NCBI GenBank assembly: GCA_965235115.1
Contig: OZ249436.1
Span: 14,572,001-14,632,000, forward strand
Length of the DNA: 60,000 nucleotides
Source: Laetmonice hystrix
Taxonomy: Eukaryota
Reading direction: 5' to 3'
The notes beneath the pieces were generated by a model, which did not search any database, was not told the origin of the DNA, and was given only the letters and a program-made list of their open reading frames with translations. A program made the position numbers and the translations under genes. Shown here one piece after another: positions 35,901 through 50,900 of this stretch (position 1 is the stretch's first letter; each line of letters opens with the position of its first letter).

Positions 35901-38900
35901 GCCAGCCCGGCCAGGTATACGTGGTGATTCCACCGGTAGCCGGAAGATGGCAGTGCAGTCGCCTCCCTCGCCGCCGCTTCAGTAGAGCTGCGCTGCAACC
36001 TGGTGTTTCTTGCCTGCAGCATCTCTGTACTCTTCCTTTGTTTGCTTCTTACTTGGGGATGGGATATCTGATATAGAAAAAGCGTACAGCGTCATTTGCC
36101 ATTGTTAACTAAACCTTTACGGCAGCCAGTCATTGGGACGACCTGACAACGTTGTCGCACGCTTAAAGATGGTCTGTAGGGGACACAGATTAGATGGGAG
36201 TAGATGATAGACGAAACGTATGGCCTGCTTCCTGGACAATAAAGGCATGGAAACATGAAACATGAGGCGTCCCTATATTACTGGCTACTGTTGTATACAA
36301 GCAAACGGTACAGGGAAGACAAACAATACAGTGAGGAATCGCTACAAGGTACTGGCTGGCCTAGCACCCCAGCGAACACTACAGTGAGGCCAAAGAGTAG
36401 AGTAAGGCTAAACAGTACACGGTGAGGCCAAGCAGTGTGGGAGGCCAACCAGTAGAGTGAGAAGTCACTGCATCTTACTGACTGGCCTAGTAGCCATGCA
36501 GACACTACAGTCAGGTAGTGGAAATGAAAGGTACTGGCGAGGAGCATTTAATGTTAAAATCTGGAGAAGAAACTCAAATGGGAAGTATACACATCACAAC
36601 CATATATCTGTAGCGAACGTACGAGACCTATACGTTTGACAGTTACACATCTGGCCTAAGAATCATAACTTTGGGGGGCGTAGTTTCAATTTGACGTATC
36701 AGAAATGTAGCCATTTTTCGCTTTTCATTGCTTTAACCTAAGAGCCACCGGTGCCCGCCAGCCCGGCCAGGTATACGTGGTGATTCCACCGGTAGCCGGA
36801 AGATGGCAGTGCAGTCGCCTCCCTCGCCGCCGCTTCAGTAGAGCTGCGCTGCACCCTGGTGTTTCTTGCCTGCAGCATCTCTGTACTCTTCCTTTGTTTG
36901 CTTCTTACTTGGGGATGGGATATCTGATATAGAAAAAGCGTACAGCGTCATTTGCCATTGTTAACTAAACCTTTACGGCAGCCAGTCATTGGGACGACCT
37001 GACAACGTTGTCGCATGCTTACAGATGGTTTGTAGGGGACACAGATTAGATGGGAGTAGATGATAGACGAAAAGTATGGCCTGCCTCCTGGACAATAAAG
37101 GCATGGAAACATGAAACATGAGGCGTCTCTATATTACTGGCTACTGTTGTATACAAGCAAACGGTACAGGGAGGACAAACAGTACAGTGAGGAATCGCTA
37201 CAAGGTACTGGCTGGCCTAGCACCCCAGCGAACACTACAGTGAGGCCAAAGAGTAGGCCTACAGTGAGGCCAAACAATACACTGTGAGACTGTGAGGCCA
37301 TGCAGTGTGGGAGGCCAACCAGTAGAGTGAGAAGTCCCTACATCTTACCGACTGGCCTAGTAGCCATGCAAACACTACAGTGAGGTAGTGGAAATGAAAG
37401 GTACTGGCGAGGAGCATCTAATGTTAAAATCTGGAGAAGATACTCAAATGGCGCGGAAGTATACACATCACAACCATATATCTGTAGCGAACGTACGAAA
37501 CCTATACGTTTGACAATTACACATCTGGCCTAACAATCATAACTTTGGGGGGCGTAGTTTCAATTTGACGTATCAAAAATGTAGCCATTTTTCGCTTCTC
37601 ATTGCTTTAACCTAAGAGCCACAGGTGCCTGCCAGCCCGGCCAGGTATACGTGGTGATTCCACCGGTAGCCGGAAGATGGCAGTGCAGTCGCCTCCCCCG
37701 CCGCCGCTTCAGTAGAGCTGCGCTGCACCCTGGTGTTTCTTGCCTGCAGCATCTCTGTACTCTTTCTTTGTTTGCTTCTTACTTGGGGATGGGATATCTG
37801 ATATAGAAAAGGCGTACAACGTCATTTGCCATTGTTAACTAAACCTATACGGCAAGCAGTCATTGGGACGACCTGACAACGTTGTCGCATGCTTACAGAT
37901 GGTTTGTAGGGGACACAGATTAGATGGGAGTAGATGATAGACGAAAAGTATGGCCTGCCTCCTGGACAATAAAGGCATGGAAACATGAAACATGAGATGT
38001 CCCTATATTACTGGCTACTGTTGTATACAAGCAAACGGTACAGGGAGGACAAACAGTACAGTGAGGAATCGCTACAAGGTACTGGCTGGCCTAGCACCCC
38101 AGCGAACACTACAGTGAGGCCAAAGAGTACAGTGAGGCCAAACAATACACTGTGAGACTGTGAGGCCAAGCAGTGTGGGAGGCCAACCAGTAGAGTGAGA
38201 AGTCCCTACATCTTACCGACTGGCCTAGTAGCCATGCAAACACTACAGTCAGGTAGTGGAAATGAAAGGTACTGGCGAGGAGCATTTAATGTAAAAAAAA
38301 CTGGAGAAGATACTCAAATGGCGCGGAAGTATACACGTCACAACCATATATCTGTAGCGAACGTACGAGACCTATACGTCTGACAGGTATACATCTGGCC
38401 TAAGAATCATAACTTTGGGGGGCGTAGTTTCAATTTGACGTATCAGAAATGTAGCCATTTCTCGCTTTTCATTGCTTTAACCTAAGAGCCACCGGTGCCC
38501 GCCAGCCCGGCCAGGTATACGTCGTGATTCCATCGGTAGCCGGAAGATGGCAGTGCAGTCGCCTCCCCCGCCGCCGCTTCAGTAGAGCTGCGCTGCACCC
38601 TGGTGTTTCTTGCCTGCAGCATCTCTGTACTCTTTCTTTGTTTGCTTCTTACTTGGGGATGGGATATCTGATATAGAAAAAGCGTACAACGTCATTTGCC
38701 ATTGTTAACTAAACCTTTACGGCAGCCAGTCATTGGGACGACCTGACAACGTTGTCGCACGCTTAAAGATGGTCTGTAGGGGACACAGATTAGATGGGAG
38801 TAGATGATAGACGAAACGTATTGCCTGCTTCCTGGACAATAAAGGCATGGAAACATGAAACATGAGGCGTCCCTATATTACTGGCTACTGTTGTATACAA

Positions 38901-41900
38901 GCAAACGGTACAGGGAAGACAAACAATACAGTGAGGAATCGCTACAAGGTACTGGCTGGCCTAGCACCCCAGCGAACACTACAGTGAGGCCAAAGAGTAG
39001 AGTAAGGCTAAACAGTACACTGTGAGGCCAAGCAGTGTGGGAGGCCAACCAGTAGAGTGAGAAGTCACTGCATCTTACTGACTGGCCTAGTAGCCATGCA
39101 GACACTACAGTCAGGTAGTGGAAATGAAAGGTACTGGCGAGGAGCATTTAATGTTAAAATCTGGAGAAGAAACTCAAATGGGAAGTATACACATCACAAC
39201 CATATATCTGTAGCGAACGTACGAGACCTATACGTTTGACAGTTACACATCTGGCCTAAGAATCATAACTTTGGGGGGCGTAGTTTCAATTTGACGTATC
39301 AGAAATGTAGCCATTTTTCGCTTTTCATTGCTTTAACCTAAGAGCCACCTGTGCCCGCCAGCCCGGCCAGGTATACGTCGTGATTCCACCGGTAGCCGGA
39401 AGATGGCAGTGCAGTCGCCTCCCTCGCCGCCGCTTCAGTAGAGCTGCGCTGCACCCTGGTGTTTCTTGCCTGCAGCATCTCTGTACTCTTCCTTTGTTTG
39501 CTTCTTACTTGGGGATGGGATATCTGATATAGAAAAAGCGTACAGCGTCATTTGCCATTGTTAACTAAACCTTTACGGCAGCCAGTCATTGGGACGACCT
39601 GACAACGTTGTCGCATGCTTACAGATGATTTGTAGGGGACACAGATTAGATGGGAGTAGATGATAGACGAAAAGTATGGCCTGCCTCCTGGACAATAAAG
39701 GCATGGAAACATGAAACATGAGGCGTCTCTATATTACTGGCTACTGTTGTATACAAGCAAACGGTACAGGGAGGACAAACAGTACAGTGAGGAATCGCTA
39801 CAAGGTACTGGCTGGCCTAGCACCCCAGCGAACACTACAGTGAGGCCAAAGAGTACAGTAAGGCTAAACAGTACACTGTGAGGCCAAGCAGTGTGGGAGG
39901 CCAACCAGTAGAGTGAGAAGTCCCTACATCTTACCGACTGGCCTAGTAGCCATGCAAACACTACAGTCAGGTAGTGGAAATGAAAGGTACTGGCGAGGAG
40001 CATTTAATGTTAAAATCTGGAGAAGATACTTAAATGGGAAGTATACACATCACAACCATATATCTGTAGCAAACGTACGAGACCTATACGTTTGACAATT
40101 ATACATCATAACTTTGGGGGGCGTAGTTTCAATTTGACGTATCAGAAATGTAGCCATTTTTCGCTTCTCATTGCTTTAACCTAAGAGCCACAGGTGCCTG
40201 CCAGCCCGGCCAGGTATACGTGGTGATTCCACCGGTAGCCGGAAGATGGCAGTGCAGTCGCCTCCCCCGCCGCCGCTTCAGTAGAGCTGCGCTGCACCCT
40301 GGTGTTTCTTGCCTGCAGCATCTCTGTACTCTTTCTTTGTTTGCTTCTTACTTGGGGATGGGATATCTGATATAGAAAAGGCGTACAACGTCATTTGCCA
40401 TTGTTAACTAAACCTATACGGCAAGCAGTCATTGGGACGACCTGACAACGTTGTCGCATGCTTACAGATGGTTTGTAGGGGACACAGATTAGATGGGAGT
40501 AGATGATAGACGAAAAGTATGGCCTGCCTCCTGGACAATAAAGGCATGGAAACATGAAACATGAGATGTCCCTATATTACTGGCTACTGTTGTATACAAG
40601 CAAACGGTACAGGGAGGACAAACAGTACAGTGAGGAATCGCTACAAGGTACTGGCTGGCCTAGCACCCCAGCGAACACTACAGTGAGGCCAAACAATACA
40701 CTGTGAGACTGTGAGGCCAAGCAGTGTGGGAGGCCAACCAGTAGAGTGAGAAGTCCCTACATCTTACCGACTGGCCTAGTAGCCATGCAAACACTACAGT
40801 CAGGTAGTGGAAATGAAAGGTACTGGCAAGGAGCATTTAATGTAAAAAAAACTGGAGAAGATACTCAAATGGCGCGGAAGTATACACGTCACAACCATAT
40901 ATCTGTAGCGAACGTACGAGACCTATACGTCTGACAGGTATACATCTGGCCTAAGAATCATAACTTTGGGGGGCGTAGTTTCAATTTGACGTATCAGAAA
41001 TGTAGCCATTTCTCGCTTTTCATTGCTTTAACCTAAGAGCCACCGGTGCCCACCAGCCCGGCCAGGTATACGTGGTGATTCCACCAGTAGCCGGAAGATG
41101 GCAATACAGTCGCCCCCTCTGCCGCCGCTTCAGTAGAGCTGCGCTGCACCCTGGTGTTTCTTGCCTGCAACATGTCTGTACTCTTTCTTTGTTTGTTTCT
41201 TACTAGGGTGGGATATCTGATATAGAAAAAACGTACAGCGTCATTTGCCATTGTTAACTAAACCTTTACGGCAGCCAGTCATTGGGACGACCTGACAACG
41301 TTGTCGCACGCTTAAAGATGGTTTGTAGGGGACACAGATTAGATGGGAGTAGATGATAGACGAAACGTATTGCCTGCTTCCTGGACAATAAAGGCATGGA
41401 AACATGAAACATGAGGCGTCCCTATATTAGTGGCTACTGTTGTATACAAGCAAACGGTACAGGGAAGACAAACAATACAGTGAGGAATCGCTACAAGGTA
41501 CTGGCTGGCCTAGCACCCCAGCGAACACTACAGTGAGGCCAAAGAGTACAGTAAGGCTAAACAGTACACTGTGAGGCCAAGCAGTGTGGGAGGCCAATCA
41601 GTAGAGTGAGAAGTCCCTACATCTTACCGACTGGCCTAGTAGCCATGCAAACACTACAGTCAGGTCGTGGAAATGAAAGGTACTGGCGAGGAACATTTAA
41701 TGTTAAAATCTGGAGAAGATACTTAAATGGGAAGTATACACATCACAACCATATATCTGTAGCGAACGTACGAGACGTATACGTTTGACAGTTATACATC
41801 TGGCCTAAGAATCATAACTTTGGGGGGCGTAGTTTCAATTTGACGTATCAGAAATGTAGCCATTTCTCGCTTTTCATTGCTTTAACCTAAGAGCCACCGG

Positions 41901-44900
41901 TGCCCGCCAGCCCGGCCAGGTATACGTCGTGATTCCACCGGTAGCCGGAAGATGGCAGTGCAGTCGCCTCCCCCGCCGCCGCTTCAGTAGAGCTGCGCTG
42001 CACCCTGGTGTTTCTTGCCTGCAGCATCTCTGTACTCTTTCTTTGTTTGCTTCTTACTTGGGGATGGGATATCTGATATAGAAAAAGCGTACAACGTCAT
42101 TTGCCATTGTTAACTAAACCTTTACGGCAGCCAGTCATTGGGACGACCTGACAACGTTGTCGCACGCTTAAAGATGGTCTGTAGGGGACACAGATTAGAT
42201 GGGAGTAGATGATAGACGAAACGTATGGCCTGCTTCCTGGACAATAAAGGCATGGAAACATGAAACATGAGGCGTCCCTATATTACTGGCTACTGTTGTA
42301 TACAAGCAAACGGTACAGGGAAGACAAACAATACAGTGAGGAATCGCTACAAGGTACTGGCTGGCCTAGCACCCCAGCGAACACTACAGTGAGGCCAAAG
42401 AGTACAGTAAGGCTAAACAGTACACTGTGAGGCCAAGCAGTGTGGGAGGCCAATCAGTAGAGTGAGAAGTCCCTACATCTTACCGACTGGCCTAGTAGCC
42501 ATGCAAACACTACAGTCAGGTCGTGGAAATGAAAGGTACTGGCGAGGAGCATTTAATGTTAAAATCTGGAGAAGATACTTAAATGGGAAGTATACACATC
42601 ACAACCATATATCTGTAGCGAACGTACGAGACGTATACGTTTGACAGTTATACATCTGGCCTAAGAATCATAACTTTGGGGGGCGTAGTTTCAATTTGAC
42701 GTATCAGAAATGTAGCCATTTCTCGCTTTTCATTGCTTTAACCTAAGAGCCACCGGTGCCCGCCAGCCCGGCCAGGTATACGTCGTGATTCCACCGGTAG
42801 CCGGAAGATGGCAGTGCAGTCGCCTCCCCCGCCGCCGCTTCAGTAGAGCTGCGCTGCACCCTGGTGTTTCTTGCCTGCAGCATCTCTGTACTCTTTCTTT
42901 GTTTGCTTCTTACTTGGGGATGGGATATCTGATATAGAAAAAGCGTACAACGTCATTTGCCATTGTTAACTAAACCTTTACGGCAGCCAGTCATTGGGAC
43001 GACCTGACAACGTTGTCGCACGCTTAAAGATGGTCTGTAGGGGACACAGATTAGATGGGAGTAGATGATAGACGAAACGTATGGCCTGCTTCCTGGACAA
43101 TAAAGGCATGGAAACATGAAACATGAGGCGTCCCTATATTACTGGCTACTGTTGTATACAAGCAAACGGTACAGGGAAGACAAACAATACAGTGAGGAAT
43201 CGCTACAAGGTACTGGCTGGCCTAGCACCCCAGCGAACACTACAGTGAGGCCAAAGAGTAGAGTAAGGCTAAACAGTACACTGTGAGGCCAAGCAGTGTG
43301 GGAGGCCAACCAGTAGAGTGAGAAGTCACTGCATCTTACTGACTGGCCTAGTAGCCATGCAGACACTACAGTCAGGTAGTGGAAATGAAAGGTACTGGCG
43401 AGGAGCATTTAATGTTAAAATCTGGAGAAGAAACTCAAATGGGAAGTATACACATCACAACCATATATCTGTAGCGAACGTACGAGACCTATACGTTTGA
43501 CAGTTACACATCTGGCCTAAGAATCATAACTTTGGGGGGCGTAGTTTCAATTTGACGTATCAGAAATGTAGCCATTTTTCGCTTTTCATTGCTTTAACCT
43601 AAGAGCCACCGGTGCCCGCCAGCCCGGCCAGGTATACGTGGTGATTCCACCGGTAGCCGGAAGATGGCAGTGCAGTCGCCTCCCTCGCCGCCGCTTCAGT
43701 AGAGCTGCGCTGCAACCTGGTGTTTCTTGCCTGCAGCATCTCTGTACTCTTCCTTTGTTTGCTTCTTACTTGGGGATGGGATATCTGATATAGAAAAAGC
43801 GTACAGCGTCATTTGCCATTGTTAACTAAACCTTTACGGCAGCCAGTCATTGGGACGACCTGACAACGTTGTCGCACGCTTAAAGATGGTCTGTAGGGGA
43901 CACAGATTAGATGGGAGTAGATGATAGACGAAACGTATTGCCTGCTTCCTGGACAATAAAGGCATGGAAACATGAAACATGAGGCGTCCCTATATTAGTG
44001 GCTACTGTTGTATACAAGCAAACGGTACAGGGAAGACAAACAATACAGTGAGGAATCGCTACAAGGTACTGGCTGGCCTAGCACCCCAGCGAACACTACA
44101 GTGAGGCCAAAGAGTACAGTAAGGCTAAACAGTACACTGTGAGGCCAAGCAGTGTGGGAGGCCAATCAGTAGAGTGAGAAGTCCCTACATCTTACCGACT
44201 GGCCTAGTAGCCATGCAAACACTACAGTCAGGTCGTGGAAATGAAAGGTACTGGCGAGGAGCATTTAATGTTAAAATCTGGAGAAGATACTTAAATGGGA
44301 AGTATACACATCACAACCATATATCTGTAGCGAACGTACGAGACCTATACGTTTGACAGTTATACATCTGGCCTAAGAATCATAACTTTGGGGGGCGTAG
44401 TTTCAATTTGACGTATCAGAAATGTAGCCATTTCTCGCTTTTCATTGCTTTAACCTAAGAGCCACCGGTGCCCGCCAGCCCGGCCAGGTATACGTCGTGA
44501 TTCCACCGGTAGCCGGAAGATGGCAGTGCAGTCGCCTCCCCCGCCGCCGCTTCAGTAGAGCTGCGCTGCACCCTGGTGTTTCTTGCCTGCAGCATCTCTG
44601 TACTCTTTCTTTGTTTGCTTCTTACTTGGGGATGGGATATCTGATATAGAAAAAGCGTACAACGTCATTTGCCATTGTTAACTAAACCTTTACGGCAGCC
44701 AGTCATTGGGACGACCTGACAACGTTGTCGCACGCTTAAAGATGGTCTGTAGGGGACACAGATTAGATGGGAGTAGATGATAGACGAAACGTATGGCCTG
44801 CTTCCTGGACAATAAAGGCATGGAAACATGAAACATGAGGCGTCCCTATATTACTGGCTACTGTTGTATACAAGCAAACGGTACAGGGAAGACAAACAAT

Positions 44901-47900
44901 ACAGTGAGGAATCGCTACAAGGTACTGGCTGGCCTAGCACCCCAGCGAACACTACAGTGAGGCCAAAGAGTAGAGTAAGGCTAAACAGTACACGGTGAGG
45001 CCAAGCAGTGTGGGAGGCCAACCAGTAGAGTGAGAAGTCACTGCATCTTACTGACTGGCCTAGTAGCCATGCAGACACTACAGTCAGGTAGTGGAAATGA
45101 AAGGTACTGGCGAGGAGCATTTAATGTTAAAATCTGGAGAAGAAACTCAAATGGGAAGTATACACATCACAACCATATATCTGTAGCGAACGTACGAGAC
45201 CTATACGTTTGACAGTTACACATCTGGCCTAAGAATCATAACTTTGGGGGGCGTAGTTTCAATTTGACGTATCAGAAATGTAGCCATTTTTCGCTTTTCA
45301 TTGCTTTAACCTAAGAGCCACCGGTGCCCGCCAGCCCGGCCAGGTATACGTGGTGATTCCACCGGTAGCCGGAAGATGGCAGTGCAGTCGCCTCCCTCGC
45401 CGCCGCTTCAGTAGAGCTGCGCTGCAACCTGGTGTTTCTTGCCTGCAGCATCTCTGTACTCTTCCTTTGTTTGCTTCTTACTTGGGGATGGGATATCTGA
45501 TATAGAAAAAGCGTACAGCGTCATTTGCCATTGTTAACTAAACCTTTACGGCAGCCAGTCATTGGGACGACCTGACAACGTTGTCGCATGCTTACAGATG
45601 GTTTGTAGGGGACACAGATTAGATGGGAGTAGATGATAGACGAAAAGTATGGCCTGCCTCCTGGACAATAAAGGCATGGAAACATGAAACATGAGGCGTC
45701 TCTATATTACTGGCTACTGTTGTATACAAGCAAACGGTACAGGGAGGACAAACAGTACAGTGAGGAATCGCTACAAGGTACTGGCTGGCCTAGCACCCCA
45801 GCGAACACTACAGTGAGGCCAAAGAGTAGGCCTACAGTGAGGCCAAACAATACACTGTGAGACTGTGAGGCCATGCAGTGTGGGAGGCCAACCAGTAGAG
45901 TGAGAAGTCCCTACATCTTACCGACTGGCCTAGTAGCCATGCAAACACTACAGTGAGGTAGTGGAAATGAAAGGTACTGGCGAGGAGCATCTAATGTTAA
46001 AATCTGGAGAAGATACTCAAATGGCGCGGAAGTATACACATCACAACCATATATCTGTAGCGAACGTACGAAACCTATACGTTTGACAATTACACATCTG
46101 GCCTAATAATCATAACTTTGGGGGGCGTAGTTTCAATTTGACGTATCAAAAATGTAGCCATTTTTCGCTTCTCATTGCTTTAACCTAAGAGCCACAGGTG
46201 CCTGCCAGCCCGGCCAGGTATACGTGGTGATTCCACCGGTAGCCGGAAGATGGCAGTGCAGTCGCCTCCCCCGCCGCCGCTTCAGTAGAGCTGCGCTGCA
46301 CGCTGGTGTTTCTTGCCTGCAGCATCTCTGTACTCTTTCTTTGTTTGCTTCTTACTTGGGGATGGGATATCTGATATAGAAAAGGCGTACAACGTCATTT
46401 GCCATTGTTAACTAAACCTATACGGCAAGCAGTCATTGGGACGACCTGACAACGTTGTCGCATGCTTACAGATGGTTTGTAGGGGACACAGATTAGATGG
46501 GAGTAGATGATAGACGAAAAGTATGGCCTGCCTCCTGGACAATAAAGGCATGGAAACATGAAACATGAGATGTCCCTATATTACTGGCTACTGTTGTATA
46601 CAAGCAAACGGTACAGGGAGGACAAACAGTACAGTGAGGAATCGCTACAAGGTACTGGCTGGCCTAGCACCCCAGCGAACACTACAGTGAGGCCAAAGAG
46701 TACAGTGAGGCCAAACAATACACTGTGAGACTGTGAGGCCAAGCAGTGTGGGAGGCCAACCAGTAGAGTGAGAAGTCCCTACATCTTACCGACTGGCCTA
46801 GTAGCCATGCAAACACTACAGTCAGGTAGTGGAAATGAAAGGTACTGGCGAGGAGCATTTAATGTAAAAAAACTGGAGAAGATACTCAAATGGCGCGGAA
46901 GTATACACGTCACAACCATATATCTGTAGCGAACGTACGAGACCTATACGTCTGACAGGTATACATCTGGCCTAAGAATCATAACTTTGGGGGGCGTAGT
47001 TTCAATTTGACGTATCAGAAATGTAGCCATTTCTCGCTTTTCATTGCTTTAACCTAAGAGCCACCGGTGCCCGCCAGCCCGGCCAGGTATACGTGGTGAT
47101 TCCACCGGTAGCCGGAAGATGGCAGTGCAGTCGCCTCCCTCGCCGCCGCTTCAGTAGAGCTGCGCTGCAACCTGGTGTTTCTTGCCTGCAGCATCTCTGT
47201 ACTCTTCCTTTGTTTGCTTCTTACTTGGGGATGGGATATCTGATATAGAAAAAGCGTACAGCGTCATTTGCCATTGTTAACTAAACCTTTACGGCAGCCA
47301 GTCATTGGGACGACCTGACAACGTTGTCGCACGCTTAAAGATGGTCTGTAGGGGACACAGATTAGATGGGAGTAGATGATAGACGAAACGTATTGCCTGC
47401 TTCCTGGACAATAAAGGCATGGAAACATGAAACATGAGGCGTCCCTATATTAGTGGCTACTGTTGTATACAAGCAAACGGTACAGGGAAGACAAACAATA
47501 CAGTGAGGAATCGCTACAAGGTACTGGCTGGCCTAGCACCCCAGCGAACACTACAGTGAGGCCAAAGAGTACAGTAAGGCTAAACAGTACACTGTGAGGC
47601 CAAGCAGTGTGGGAGGCCAATCAGTAGAGTGAGAAGTCCCTACATCTTACCGACTGGCCTAGTAGCCATGCAAACACTACAGTCAGGTCGTGGAAATGAA
47701 AGGTACTGGCGAGGAGCATTTAATGTTAAAATCTGGAGAAGATACTTAAATGGGAAGTATACACATCACAACCATATATCTGTAGCGAACGTACGAGACC
47801 TATACGTTTGACAGTTATACATCTGGCCTAAGAATCATAACTTTGGGGGGCGTAGTTTCAATTTGACGTATCAGAAATGTAGCCATTTCTCGCTTTTCAT

Positions 47901-50900
47901 TGCTTTAACCTAAGAGCCACCGGTGCCCGCCAGCCCGGCCAGGTATACGTCGTGATTCCACCGGTAGCCGGAAGATGGCAGTGCAGTCGCCTCCCCCGCC
48001 GCCGCTTCAGTAGAGCTGCGCTGCACCCTGGTGTTTCTTGCCTGCAGCATCTCTGTACTCTTTCTTTGTTTGCTTCTTACTTGGGGATGGGATATCTGAT
48101 ATAGAAAAAGCGTACAACGTCATTTGCCATTGTTAACTAAACCTTTACGGCAGCCAGTCATTGGGACGACCTGACAACGTTGTCGCACGCTTAAAGATGG
48201 TCTGTAGGGGACACAGATTAGATGGGAGTAGATGATAGACGAAACGTATGGCCTGCTTCCTGGACAATAAAGGCATGGAAACATGAAACATGAGGCGTCC
48301 CTATATTACTGGCTACTGTTGTATACAAGCAAACGGTACAGGGAAGACAAACAATACAGTGAGGAATCGCTACAAGGTACTGGCTGGCCTAGCACCCCAG
48401 CGAACACTACAGTGAGGCCAAAGAGTAGAGTAAGGCTAAACAGTACACGGTGAGGCCAAGCAGTGTGGGAGGCCAACCAGTAGAGTGAGAAGTCACTGCA
48501 TCTTACTGACTGGCCTAGTAGCCATGCAGACACTACAGTCAGGTAGTGGAAATGAAAGGTACTGGCGAGGAGCATTTAATGTTAAAATCTGGAGAAGAAA
48601 CTCAAATGGGAAGTATACACATCACAACCATATATCTGTAGCGAACGTACGAGACCTATACGTTTGACAGTTACACATCTGGCCTAAGAATCATAACTTT
48701 GGGGGGCGTAGTTTCAATTTGACGTATCAGAAATGTAGCCATTTTTCGCTTTTCATTGCTTTAACCTAAGAGCCACCGGTGCCGGCCAGCCCGGCCAGGT
48801 ATACGTGGTGATTCCACCGGTAGCCGGAAGATGGCAGTGCAGTCGCCTCCCTCGCCGCCGCTTCAGTAGAGCTGCGCTGCAACCTGGTGTTTCTTGCCTG
48901 CAGCATCTCTGTACTCTTCCTTTGTTTGCTTCTTACTTGGGGATGGGATATCTGATATAGAAAAAGCGTACAGCGTCATTTGCCATTGTTAACTAAACCT
49001 TTACGGCAGCCAGTCATTGGGACGACCTGACAACGTTGTCGCATGCTTACAGATGGTTTGTAGGGGACACAGATTAGATGGGAGTAGATGATAGACGAAA
49101 AGTATGGCCTGCCTCCTGGACAATAAAGGCATGGAAACATGAAACATGAGGCGTCTCTATATTACTGGCTACTGTTGTATACAAGCAAACGGTACAGGGA
49201 GGACAAACAGTACAGTGAGGAATCGCTACAAGGTACTGGCTGGCCTAGCACCCCAGCGAACACTACAGTGAGGCCAAAGAGTAGGCCTACAGTGAGGCCA
49301 AACAATACACTGTGAGACTGTGAGGCCATGCAGTGTGGGAGGCCAACCAGTAGAGTGAGAAGTCCCTACATCTTACCGACTGGCCTAGTAGCCATGCAAA
49401 CACTACAGTGAGGTAGTGGAAATGAAAGGTACTGGCGAGGAGCATCTAATGTTAAAATCTGGAGAAGATACTCAAATGGCGCGGAAGTATACACATCACA
49501 ACCATATATCTGTAGCGAACGTACGAAACCTATACGTTTGACAATTACACATCTGGCCTAATAATCATAACTTTGGGGGGCGTAGTTTCAATTTGACGTA
49601 TCAAAAATGTAGCCATTTTTCGCTTCTCATTGCTTTAACCTAAGAGCCACAGGTGCCTGCCAGCCCGGCCAGGTATACGTGGTGATTCCACCGGTAGCCG
49701 GAAGATGGCAGTGCAGTCGCCTCCCCCGCCGCCGCTTCAGTAGAGCTGCGCTGCACGCTGGTGTTTCTTGCCTGCAGCATCTCTGTACTCTTTCTTTGTT
49801 TGCTTCTTACTTGGGGATGGGATATCTGATATAGAAAAGGCGTACAACGTCATTTGCCATTGTTAACTAAACCTATACGGCAAGCAGTCATTGGGACGAC
49901 CTGACAACGTTGTCGCATGCTTACAGATGGTTTGTAGGGGACACAGATTAGATGGGAGTAGATGATAGACGAAAAGTATGGCCTGCCTCCTGGACAATAA
50001 AGGCATGGAAACATGAAACATGAGATGTCCCTATATTACTGGCTACTGTTGTATACAAGCAAACGGTACAGGGAGGACAAACAGTACAGTGAGGAATCGC
50101 TACAAGGTACTGGCTGGCCTAGCACCCCAGCGAACACTACAGTGAGGCCAAAGAGTACAGTGAGGCCAAACAATACACTGTGAGACTGTGAGGCCAAGCA
50201 GTGTGGGAGGCCAACCAGTAGAGTGAGAAGTCCCTACATCTTACCGACTGGCCTAGTAGCCATGCAAACACTACAGTCAGGTAGTGGAAATGAAAGGTAC
50301 TGGCGAGGAGCATTTAATGTAAAAAAACTGGAGAAGATACTCAAATGGCGCGGAAGTATACACGTCACAACCATATATCTGTAGCGAACGTACGAGACCT
50401 ATACGTCTGACAGGTATACATCTGGCCTAAGAATCATAACTTTGGGGGGCGTAGTTTCAATTTGACGTATCAGAAATGTAGCCATTTCTCGCTTTTCATT
50501 GCTTTAACCTAAGAGCCACCGGTGCCCGCCAGCCCGGCCAGGTATACGTCGTGATTCCATCGGTAGCCGGAAGATGGCAGTGCAGTCGCCTCCCCCGCCG
50601 CCGCTTCAGTAGAGCTGCGCTGCACCCTGGTGTTTCTTGCCTGCAGCATCTCTGTACTCTTTCTTTGTTTGCTTCTTACTTGGGGATGGGATATCTGATA
50701 TAGAAAAAGCGTACAACGTCATTTGCCATTGTTAACTAAACCTTTACGGCAGCCAGTCATTGGGACGACCTGACAACGTTGTCGCACGCTTAAAGATGGT
50801 CTGTAGGGGACACAGATTAGATGGGAGTAGATGATAGACGAAACGTATTGCCTGCTTCCTGGACAATAAAGGCATGGAAACATGAAACATGAGGCGTCCC

